A stretch of 64,000 bases of DNA from the IMG/VR virus record IMGVR_UViG_3300026116_000035, one strand, 5' to 3'. Below are positions 9,397 to 18,440 of this stretch, piece after piece; position 1 is the stretch's first letter; every line of letters begins with the position of its first letter. Below the pieces are notes generated by a model. It saw nothing but the letters and a program-made list of their open reading frames with translations. It was not told the DNA's origin and did no database searches. This DNA is from a virus. Taxonomy: Duplodnaviria > Caudoviricetes. The position numbers and the translations under genes were made by a program.

Positions 9397-10032
9397 ATGG
9401 CAAACATAGAAAGTCCGTTAGGTACAGTTACGCATTCAGCTGGGAAGAGAGTATTAACAGTTGATGATCAGTCTGAGGATTTTGAAACGAGAACATTTTC
9501 GTCAAATAATTCTGATGAAGAATTTGAGTCTAGATTTAGTAAAGAAGAGTTAGAGCAATTAGCGGCAGATCGAGATAGATTAAGAAGTACTCGAAAGGAA
9601 GCACAAGCTCAAAAAAATAAAATACCTGAAGCGGTAAAGAAGCGATTAGAAATTTTAACTGGTATTGGTAGATTAACTGAAGATATTGTTGTTGATAATG
9701 TAACATTTTCTATTAGATCATTAAAGCCGAAAGAGAATAGAGAGATAGTGGAGCATGCGGCAACGAAGGATTTAACGGTTAGTCAGGCGTTTGATATTAG
9801 AAGTCAGACGATAGCTAGAGCATTATATAAAATAGATGGTCAGCTGATAGGGGCAGTATTAAATGATAACTCAATAGAAGGTAGAGTTAATTTTGTTGAG
9901 GAGATATTAGAGGAATCGTTAGTAAATCATTTATATAATAGATATCAAGAGTTATTGGTACAGAATAAAAAGAAATTTTCGAGTTTGGGTGATACAGAAG
10001 AAGAGGTGCTTGAGAACGTAAAAAAATTGTAA
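9397..10032 (+). CDS. Tail assembly chaperone (G-like)
   Basis: Lies between tube and tape measure; SD AAGGAG; ends at the slippery site GTA AAA AAA TTG TAA. Confidence 0.8.
   Translation: MANIESPLGTVTHSAGKRVLTVDDQSEDFETRTFSSNNSDEEFESRFSKEELEQLAADRDRLRSTRKEAQAQKNKIPEAVKKRLEILTGIGRLTEDIVVDNVTFSIRSLKPKENREIVEHAATKDLTVSQAFDIRSQTIARALYKIDGQLIGAVLNDNSIEGRVNFVEEILEESLVNHLYNRYQELLVQNKKKFSSLGDTEEEVLENVKKL
10020..10026 (+). other. -1 programmed ribosomal frameshift site A AAA AAA
   Basis: XXXYYYZ heptamer one codon before the stop. The -1 frame is closed upstream (TGA 10011-10013) and open from 10014 to 10406. Confidence 0.75.
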
Positions 10033-10406
10033 AAGAGTCCGATCATAGATTCATTTGGTTTTTGTGTCAGAAGTATCAAAAATTGCCGGATGATGATTGG
10101 TTTGAAGAAATCGATCCTATGGTGTGGCTCTGGATGTATATGAGTTGGATAGAAGATCAAAATTCGAAGCATAAATTTGCTAGAGATTATTCTGTATTTT
10201 TGGGTTCATTTAGTAATCCAGAAGCGGCGAAGCAAATTAATAAGAGAGATGATCCTGATTATGCATTGGATGATGAAGAATTTGAGAAGTCTTGGGAAAG
10301 AGTTATAGCTGATAGAGATAAAGTAATTAATAATGACGTAAATAAAGTTGAAAATGAAGGTAAATTAAGGCATAGAAGAAGAGTCTCTAAAAAGGTAATT
10401 AAATAA
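10020..10406 (+). CDS. Frameshift extension of the tail chaperone (GT-like), reading KIVKESDHRFIWFLCQKYQKLPDDDW...
   Basis: The track ORF 10062..10406 has only a TTG start without an SD; the frame is continuous from the slippery site. Confidence 0.72.
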   Translation, partial: KKIVKESDHRFIWFLCQKYQKLPDDDWFEEIDPMVWLWMYMSWIEDQNSKHKFARDYSVFLGSFSNPEAAKQINKRDDPDYALDDEEFEKSWERVIADRDKVINNDVNKVENEGKLRHRRRVSKKVIK

Positions 10407-12571
10407 TGGCTGACATAAATGATGTTAAATCTGTAACTGATCTGTTATCACAAGTAACGGATGGTTTTAAGGATTTTTTTTCAAATTTAGAAAGTACATT
10501 AGAAAAATTATCTGGAATACCTACACTTTTGGGTGGGGCGGATAACAGTTTAAATAAGGTAATAGATTCTTCAAAATTAGCAAATCGATCATTAAGTGAA
10601 ACGAATGCTACGAGTTTAAATTTAACTAAGACGATAACAGATTTTGGCTCAAGTTCAATTTCTGTATTTAAGGCATTTTCTGAAGGTAGTCATGAAAGTA
10701 TTGATGCATTAGGAGATGTTAATAAAGGTATTACTACAGTTATTTCTTCAGTGGGATTATTAACATTAGGTGGGTCAAATGCGTTTTCTGGATTAAATGA
10801 TGCTTCTAAATATACAATAAGTAATTTAAATGATTCTTTTATTCCTGTTTTAAATAGAGCATTTAGTTTATTAAATATAGGAACAGGTGATGGTCTTACG
10901 AGGACAATAAAAGATATTGCGACTAGTGGGGTTTTAGCTGTAGATTCGATTAATAATTTAGAAACATCATTGTTGGCTTTACATGCTCAAAGTGGTGATT
11001 TAACTACGGTATTGGATAAGACTGGATCATCACAAAGTAATCTAACTAAATTAACTGATGAATATATTGCATCAATAGCGAGAACGGTAAATCAAACTGG
11101 TGCATCAATAAATACGGTAATAAATTATTCCAAGGAAATATTGAAAATTCCTGGATTATATAATGAAATAATAAAGACTCCATTGGGGGAAAATTTAAGT
11201 TTTACTGAAGCAGCAATGAAGGCTACAGCAGGATCTACACAAGATTTAGGTGCTACTTTAGAGATTGCGAAGCAGCAGATGTTAAATTTTAAAAATAGTG
11301 GACAATCTTCATTAGAGTTATTGAGTAGAATGCAATCAGTAAGTCAGTCATTAGCAGTACCGTTTAATTTAATTCAGAGTCAAGTAAAACAAACGGCGGA
11401 TCAATTTAAATTTTTGGGAGATAATACTCAAGGTGCATTAACGATATTTAATCAAGTTGGAGAGGGGTTACAAAAATCAAAAATTGGTCCTGGAGCTATG
11501 GCGGAGTTAGTTAATGATGTTGTTGGGTCTATAGGGCAATTAGATATAGCGCAGAAATCATTTTTATCGGCTCAATCTGGTGGGGCGGGAGGTTTGCAGG
11601 GTGGATATCAAATTGATCAATTATTATCAGAGGGGAAGATAAATGAAGTCTATTCAAAGATAGAGGCTTCATTACGTCAGGAATTTGGTGGTAAGATAAC
11701 TACATTAAAAGAGGGAGCTAGTGATGCTGGTTCTGCTCAGCAATTAACAAAAGAGGTTGCATTTTTAACACAGGGTCCGTTTGGTCAAATTGTTAAGAGT
11801 AGTCAAGAAGCGTATAAATTATTAGAGAGTTTTAAGGCTGGAATTACGCCAGTTAAAGCTCCTACAGAATCTGAATTAAAAACAGGATTAAGTCAAACAA
11901 TTGATAAGGGTTCAGAATTAGAGAAGAATCAATATACTGAATTGCAAAAAATATCCAATAATACTGATATTTTTAGATTATATGCTCAAAAAGAATTGGG
12001 CCAAAATGTAAGAGAAGTAACAAAAACTGAGTTAAATAATGTAGCAAATCCGACATCATTGGAAGAGTCTACACAAAATGCTCCGAATGCAAGTAAAGCT
12101 TTATTATATACTGGTACGGATATTGTTGCTGGAGTTAAGGATGTATTTAATAAATTAACTAGTACAAATTTAGTAGAACCAACAAATATAGAAAGTAATT
12201 TAAAAAATAGAATAAATGTAGAAGCACCAACTGAGTCATTAAAAACGATAACTAATAATATATTTCAACCTACGCCTGTGGAGATTAATTCATCAAGAAA
12301 TAATCAAAATAATATACCGCAAGTTATTTCTCCAGATATAAATGCACAAAGAAATAGAGATGAAATATTGAAACAGCAGCAAGAAGAGAGACCTGATACA
12401 GTTTTGGCTAGTTCAAAGGGTGATCAGACATTAATAATTAAAGTTAATAGTACTGGATTAAGTGGAGTTGAGGAAGAAAGAATAATTGCAAAGGCTAGAG
12501 TTAGTACAATTAAGGCAATAGAAACGAGTGATCATAATTCTAGTATAGTTGGTCATCAGGGTAATCAATAG
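10406..12571 (+). CDS. Tape measure protein
   Basis: Follows the chaperones; Ala/Gly/Ser/Leu-rich helical composition; 721 aa. Confidence 0.8.
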   Translation: MADINDVKSVTDLLSQVTDGFKDFFSNLESTLEKLSGIPTLLGGADNSLNKVIDSSKLANRSLSETNATSLNLTKTITDFGSSSISVFKAFSEGSHESIDALGDVNKGITTVISSVGLLTLGGSNAFSGLNDASKYTISNLNDSFIPVLNRAFSLLNIGTGDGLTRTIKDIATSGVLAVDSINNLETSLLALHAQSGDLTTVLDKTGSSQSNLTKLTDEYIASIARTVNQTGASINTVINYSKEILKIPGLYNEIIKTPLGENLSFTEAAMKATAGSTQDLGATLEIAKQQMLNFKNSGQSSLELLSRMQSVSQSLAVPFNLIQSQVKQTADQFKFLGDNTQGALTIFNQVGEGLQKSKIGPGAMAELVNDVVGSIGQLDIAQKSFLSAQSGGAGGLQGGYQIDQLLSEGKINEVYSKIEASLRQEFGGKITTLKEGASDAGSAQQLTKEVAFLTQGPFGQIVKSSQEAYKLLESFKAGITPVKAPTESELKTGLSQTIDKGSELEKNQYTELQKISNNTDIFRLYAQKELGQNVREVTKTELNNVANPTSLEESTQNAPNASKALLYTGTDIVAGVKDVFNKLTSTNLVEPTNIESNLKNRINVEAPTESLKTITNNIFQPTPVEINSSRNNQNNIPQVISPDINAQRNRDEILKQQQEERPDTVLASSKGDQTLIIKVNSTGLSGVEEERIIAKARVSTIKAIETSDHNSSIVGHQGNQ

Positions 12572-12579
12572 GAAAATAT

Positions 12580-13566
12580 ATGGCATTTCAACCTTTACAA
12601 CCATCAGATCCATTTGAAACAGCTGGAAGATTAAGTGGAAATTCGAAGAGTAATTTTTCGTCTAGTTATAATTCTGGACAAAATTTTACAGCAACACAAG
12701 GGCCGGCGCAGAGTGGATTTGGAACTCGTCAAAGTCAGGTACCAAATAATAGGGCAGCTGGGACGAAGAGAAATTTAATGCGATGGTTGGTTCCAGAGAT
12801 GCCGATAGTTGAGATGTATGTAAATCCGCAATCTGTTAGTTATAATTATTCTAAGCAGATAACTGAGCAAAGAACGAAAGGTGGTTATGTACTTCAATAT
12901 TGGGGAGAAAATTTAACTACATTAACATTGGGAGGAACTACTGGGACATCTGGTATTGAGGGAATTAATGTTTTATATGATGTATATAGGAATGAGCAAT
13001 TGATGTTTGATCCGTATGCATTAGTTTTACAATCTCAAGTTGATGCTCAGGCCCAAAGTGATACGAATTTTGATTTATTTGGAAATTCTGCATTAAATCC
13101 TAGTGGTCCAAATAGTTTTAATGGAGTTGCGAATTTATTAACTGGTAAATCAAATGTAAATACAGGTACACGTCCTAAGCCTACATTAGCATCTATGGCT
13201 TTTACAGTTGAATTATATTGGTCTGGAGAGGTTTATAGAGGATATTTTAAGGATTTTACAGTAGTTGAAAGAGCTGATAATTTGGGAATGTTTGATTATA
13301 CGATTAATTTTAGGGTGACACAGAAGCGTGGATTTAGGCAGAACTTTTTGGGATGGCACAGATCGGCAACGAGTGGCCCGAGTAATTCAAATCCTAATTA
13401 TGGAACGCCTCATAGTTTTGCCGCTTCATTGGATGCGATACCTACAGCTCAGAGAAACAGTGTTGATCAGCCTGGGTTAAATAGTCCATTTGTTGATATA
13501 GGTAGAAATACGAATAGTAATCTTAATGATCAAGGAAATGCTGTTATTAATGCATTTGATGTATAA
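12580..13566 (+). CDS. Tail tube initiator / baseplate protein
   Basis: MYVNPQSVSYNYSKQITEQRTKGGYVLQYWGENLTTLTLGGTTG is typical of tube-initiator proteins that follow the tape measure. Confidence 0.75.
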   Translation: MAFQPLQPSDPFETAGRLSGNSKSNFSSSYNSGQNFTATQGPAQSGFGTRQSQVPNNRAAGTKRNLMRWLVPEMPIVEMYVNPQSVSYNYSKQITEQRTKGGYVLQYWGENLTTLTLGGTTGTSGIEGINVLYDVYRNEQLMFDPYALVLQSQVDAQAQSDTNFDLFGNSALNPSGPNSFNGVANLLTGKSNVNTGTRPKPTLASMAFTVELYWSGEVYRGYFKDFTVVERADNLGMFDYTINFRVTQKRGFRQNFLGWHRSATSGPSNSNPNYGTPHSFAASLDAIPTAQRNSVDQPGLNSPFVDIGRNTNSNLNDQGNAVINAFDV

Positions 13567-16500
13567 TGAGTTTTTTAGGTAATATAAGTACAGCAGGAAA
13601 TAAATTATTAGGAGCGATAAATGAACAATTTACTCCTGGTGAAAATACTCCAAGAAGTTTAGATTCGGTAGATCCATCTGATCCGGATAGAACTACGAAT
13701 TTTGGTACTTTGGGTGATTTTGCGTCAAAAATAGATAAAAGTGCATTACGCTCATATGTGGAAACTGGATTAATTAGAAATGTAAAACCACATAATTTAG
13801 AAATATTAATGCAGGAACCTGAGTTAACAGTAATTGTTAAAAAGCGATTATTTTCATCATTAATTGATAATTATAGATTTGAATTAATGTCACCTGAAGA
13901 TAAGTTATTTATAAGGGCTAGTAAAAAATTATTTAAAAATAAATGTCAGGCTATAGCAACATATGAAAAATTAACAAAGATTGATCGTATTGTAAAAAAT
14001 ACTGGAATTTTAAATGAATTTTTGGTACCTCAAATTATAGCGGGTATTAATGGATTAAGCGCATTAGGTGTAAATATAGTAGATGGAAAAACTAAAAATA
14101 TATTAGATACATTGCAAAAAGTAATGAGTTTTTCTGATCCTTCTCAAATTACAAATTGGAATGTGGCAAATGATCCTGCTTTTTATTCAGAGATGGGTGA
14201 GGGCACTGGTACATTTGATTTAACGTTAATTTCGAGTATAAATACAACAACTTCAACGAAATTTGGTAATGGAAGTTGTAGTTTAACAATTGAAGATCCG
14301 TACAATTTAATGTCAATAACGGAAGAAGATATTGAAAAAGCTTTAGCAGATGCTTCTAGTATATTTAATAGTAGCAGTTTTTTTAGAGAAACCCAAGATA
14401 CATTAGATAAAATTATTAGTGATTATAAAAAACAATTAAATGATTCTAGGGTGCGAAGAGGTGCTGCTCCGATTAATTTTTTGATTAATGATGATACGAT
14501 ATTATATAGAAGAGTTCGGGCAATTGTTGATGAAATTGGGCAAGAAATATTTTTTAATTACGATCCTGGTGTTTTAGGTGTAGCGTCATCAGTTGATGTA
14601 GATGATAAGGGATTGCCTGTATTAAATCAATTAAATTCTGGAGAGTTGAAATTATTTATAAGTATAACAAAAAATATTTATCAATTATTAAATTTACAAA
14701 GATCAACTCAGTCTCAATTAAATAATTTGGATGATGCCACTCATGAAAATGTAAATTATGTACGAGATAAGATGACATTGCATTACATGGGTAAAACGAT
14801 AATTCAAACTATGGATGTAATTCATGTTTTTATGAGTTCTAAAACAAGTTTGGATAATAAGGTAATAGGATTTGATAAAGCTAGTTTAAGTGGTGGTAGT
14901 TTATTAGGAGCTTTGAATAATGCTACAAATAATCTTCAACAAAGTTTTAATAATATTGCTGGTTTTTTTGGTGGTAATGTTCAGAATACTATGATTGAAG
15001 CGGAGAAAGATGCAATAGTTGGGGCAGAATTTCCGACATGGCTTTGGTTATTATTAAGAAATACATTTACGAGACAATCAGCTGGAGTTCAGGTTTTTAC
15101 TGGAGTAGTTGGTCCGGCTACTAGTTCATATAATGCTAGTGATGGAAAATATATAGTAAATATTTCAGCTGAAGATAATACCAAATATATGAGAATGGGT
15201 CAAATTAATATTAAACCTTCTACAGATGTTTATAATGGTCCTTTGTATGATCCGTTAACTCCATTTAAATTAGATTTTGATGCTTCTACTGGGTTTCAAA
15301 ATGGTGAATTTCCTGAATTATTAGATGAAAATAAAAAATTATTACAATCTGGATTAATTAAGTTTAAAAATGGACCAATGCGTGGAAGTATTGCGTCTGA
15401 AAGTTTATATAAATTACAAAATGGAGAACCTGTACAGGGAAGTTCTTCTTTGAATTATAGAGTTGTATTAAATGATCCTGATGGTTTTATTTATCGTTGG
15501 AAATCAGGAATTGGTGCATTAACTACTTTTGGTACTCCTAATCCATTAACTTCTATAGATACTAAATTAGGGCAATCATTAACAAAAGATCCATTTGCTG
15601 GTCAAGATGTAATGAATGTATTGTCATTATTAGTAACAGGTCAGCCATATAATTATAATACTTTCGTTGTTTCTGGAATTAAGTCTGGTAATTTATCTAG
15701 AGATGATATTCTAAATCAAGATGGATCGGTTTCTTTTTATAGAGGTTTGGTGGCAAGTTTAACTAAGGATAATTTAACTTGGGGTAATTTCATTCCATTT
15801 AAGCATGAAATTATTAATGAAAGAAGTTTAAATTTTCTAGTTAAGGGACAATTTGATGTTAGTACGGCTAATACTAAATTAAATGATTTATTGCAACAGA
15901 GAGCTAATTTTCTTGATCAATTGAGTTTAACAGCAAATGGGAAAGAATTTGCGACTAATCCTCAGGCATTTGCGATAAATTCAAATTATGTTCCTAAATT
16001 ATCAAATACTGAAATTACAGCAAATGATCCAGCGGTAATTGCGGCTCAATCTATAGTTAATATAAATAAAGAAATAGCGGTTATTACAAATGATTTATTT
16101 AATTATTTATCATTGGCAAATATTAATAATGGATCTTTAAAGTTTTACGGTGATGATATTTCTTATGATCCTAATATTTCTGATGATAATTCTTTAACTG
16201 AAGAGCAAAAAGTTAAAAATAGAAAAGAATTTAGAAAAAAATTAAATTATTTAACTCAAAGACGATTATGGAAAGTTAAAGCTAATGAGGATGTTAATTT
16301 ATTTATTGTAGATGATCAATATGATAAAAATTATGATATTCAGGCTTTTGAGAAAACATTAGCTGGAAAATTAAGTTTATTAAATCCTGAATATACACAA
16401 GTTGGAGATCAAATACCAAGAATTGCTGCAGAATTGGGATTAGAAGTATTTGCAGATTCTCAGGGTCACATTAGAGCTCGTCCACCTGCTTATAATAAAG

Positions 16501-18440
16501 TTCCTAGTTCTGTTTTTTATAAAATGATTAGGCAGACAATTGAAAAGAAAAAGAGAATATTTCCAAAAGTATTAGAAAGTTTATTTGTAAATCAAGTAGA
16601 TGGAACAAAAGAACAATTAGAAATTAATGAAGATCAAATAAGATATAGATGTGCACTATTGAGTTTTAATGATGATGAAAGTTCAGAAAAATTCTTAAGT
16701 GGAAACGGTTCTAGTTTTAAATTTGTAACTGGGTCTGATGGATTTTTAGGTGGTCGAGATTTAAAAAATATGTTTCAAGAAGCTAATCCAGATTTAAAAG
16801 AAGGATTAACTTATAAACCATTAAAATCTATTAATTCAGTTCTTTCTGGACAGTTAAAACAGACTGCTATATTTAATTTTCAAATTAAGATTACAGCAGT
16901 TCAAACAAATAGTATTTTTGCTGCTGGAGTTAATGTTTCACGAGCTACAGAAATTGCGAATAGATTAAAAACAAAAGGAATTACAGTTACAAATCCTATC
17001 ACCACTCAAATTACAACTCAAGTAGCGGCACTAGGGTTAATTGATGAAATAGCTAGATTAATTGCTGAGAGACAGAATTTAATAAAAACTATATCTAATG
17101 CTATGAAGAATCTTAGTGATGGAGTTGCTGTAAATACTGATCCGAAAAAAGCAAGAGCATTACTTTATCCAGCAATTAACACAAAAACAACTATGCCTGA
17201 TTTATTAGAGCATATGATTGAGGATGAAGATAATGATGATTTAGGTCCAGGATCAGGGGCTAGATATATAATTAGAGATAATCAAATTTTAGACTTAAGT
17301 ATTACGGAAAATGCTCCAGAATATACCAGTGTAGAAGTTCATGGATTATTTGCAGAGGGTTTGGCTTCTCCTCCAAACGCATTTAATTCTAATTCTGGTG
17401 GTAATTTAATTTCTAGTGCATTTGCTACAGATTATGATTTATGGAGAATGTATGGATTTAAAAAATCTCAACCAATTCCAGCGCATTCTTTATCTGATCC
17501 TGATTCGCAACTTGCCCCATTAGCTGTATTTCTTTTAAATAGAGCTAGAAAAAATATATTAAGAGGAAATTGCAGTATTATTGGAAATGAATATATGCAA
17601 GCTGGTGAAGTTATATATATAGAAAGTAAAAATTTATTATTTTATGTAGAAGATGTCAAACATTCTTTTTCTTATAGCGGACAATTTCAAACATCATTAA
17701 GTTTAAGTTTTGGTCATGCTCCTGGTGAATATATACCTACTATGTTAGATATAATTGGTAAAGCCTTATATTCTAAAAAACATAATGCAAATTTGGTTAG
17801 GCATGTTCGTCAGGGTTATGCAAATGGAGAAATTCCAATTACTTCATTAATAACAGAAAATAATATTGCAAATTCTGATATGGATAATTTAATTGGCGGT
17901 ACATTTGGTAATCAGAATAGAAAAAATTTAATTAATATGGTAGTATCAGCTAGTGGTATTTTAACTCCAAATGTAGGTAAAAAACCAGTCTTAGAATTAA
18001 GAATTTATTATAATTCTGCTGCTGATACAAATTTAATTAATATAGCAAATACCGTACATGATTGGATATTAAATCCTACTTCTAAATCTTTGGGAGGTGA
18101 TTTATTACCAGATGCAAAATATGATGGAAAAATTGGATTAAATCCTGAAGATATTAAAGTTGTTCAAGTGAAATTAGATGATACTAGTGTTTCTGCTTCT
18201 CCTTCACCTCAAGCTTGGAATTTGGTAAGAAATGCTATAGATACAAAGCCATTTCCATTTAATCCCGCTATTGAGACTCAGGAACAAAATGTATTGTTCC
18301 ATAATATTATTGATGCTTGGGTAACATTTGAAGATATTCCGCAAACTGTAGCTACTTCAAAAATTGCTATTGGGACGAATCAAGATGCAATAGCGGCAGA
18401 GCAAAAATTATTAAATGATATAGGTGCTAAGAATGGGTAG
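13566..18440 (+). CDS. Baseplate hub protein (gp27/gpD-like) with large insertions
   Basis: C-terminal hub signature LSITENAPEYTSVEV...RGNCSIIGNEYMQAGEVIYIESKNLLFYVEDVKHSFSY; synteny. Confidence 0.75.
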   Translation: MSFLGNISTAGNKLLGAINEQFTPGENTPRSLDSVDPSDPDRTTNFGTLGDFASKIDKSALRSYVETGLIRNVKPHNLEILMQEPELTVIVKKRLFSSLIDNYRFELMSPEDKLFIRASKKLFKNKCQAIATYEKLTKIDRIVKNTGILNEFLVPQIIAGINGLSALGVNIVDGKTKNILDTLQKVMSFSDPSQITNWNVANDPAFYSEMGEGTGTFDLTLISSINTTTSTKFGNGSCSLTIEDPYNLMSITEEDIEKALADASSIFNSSSFFRETQDTLDKIISDYKKQLNDSRVRRGAAPINFLINDDTILYRRVRAIVDEIGQEIFFNYDPGVLGVASSVDVDDKGLPVLNQLNSGELKLFISITKNIYQLLNLQRSTQSQLNNLDDATHENVNYVRDKMTLHYMGKTIIQTMDVIHVFMSSKTSLDNKVIGFDKASLSGGSLLGALNNATNNLQQSFNNIAGFFGGNVQNTMIEAEKDAIVGAEFPTWLWLLLRNTFTRQSAGVQVFTGVVGPATSSYNASDGKYIVNISAEDNTKYMRMGQINIKPSTDVYNGPLYDPLTPFKLDFDASTGFQNGEFPELLDENKKLLQSGLIKFKNGPMRGSIASESLYKLQNGEPVQGSSSLNYRVVLNDPDGFIYRWKSGIGALTTFGTPNPLTSIDTKLGQSLTKDPFAGQDVMNVLSLLVTGQPYNYNTFVVSGIKSGNLSRDDILNQDGSVSFYRGLVASLTKDNLTWGNFIPFKHEIINERSLNFLVKGQFDVSTANTKLNDLLQQRANFLDQLSLTANGKEFATNPQAFAINSNYVPKLSNTEITANDPAVIAAQSIVNINKEIAVITNDLFNYLSLANINNGSLKFYGDDISYDPNISDDNSLTEEQKVKNRKEFRKKLNYLTQRRLWKVKANEDVNLFIVDDQYDKNYDIQAFEKTLAGKLSLLNPEYTQVGDQIPRIAAELGLEVFADSQGHIRARPPAYNKVPSSVFYKMIRQTIEKKKRIFPKVLESLFVNQVDGTKEQLEINEDQIRYRCALLSFNDDESSEKFLSGNGSSFKFVTGSDGFLGGRDLKNMFQEANPDLKEGLTYKPLKSINSVLSGQLKQTAIFNFQIKITAVQTNSIFAAGVNVSRATEIANRLKTKGITVTNPITTQITTQVAALGLIDEIARLIAERQNLIKTISNAMKNLSDGVAVNTDPKKARALLYPAINTKTTMPDLLEHMIEDEDNDDLGPGSGARYIIRDNQILDLSITENAPEYTSVEVHGLFAEGLASPPNAFNSNSGGNLISSAFATDYDLWRMYGFKKSQPIPAHSLSDPDSQLAPLAVFLLNRARKNILRGNCSIIGNEYMQAGEVIYIESKNLLFYVEDVKHSFSYSGQFQTSLSLSFGHAPGEYIPTMLDIIGKALYSKKHNANLVRHVRQGYANGEIPITSLITENNIANSDMDNLIGGTFGNQNRKNLINMVVSASGILTPNVGKKPVLELRIYYNSAADTNLINIANTVHDWILNPTSKSLGGDLLPDAKYDGKIGLNPEDIKVVQVKLDDTSVSASPSPQAWNLVRNAIDTKPFPFNPAIETQEQNVLFHNIIDAWVTFEDIPQTVATSKIAIGTNQDAIAAEQKLLNDIGAKNG

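Noticed and set aside
9945-10172. Minus-strand ORF over the chaperone junction
   Set aside because: Shadow of the G/GT reading frames.
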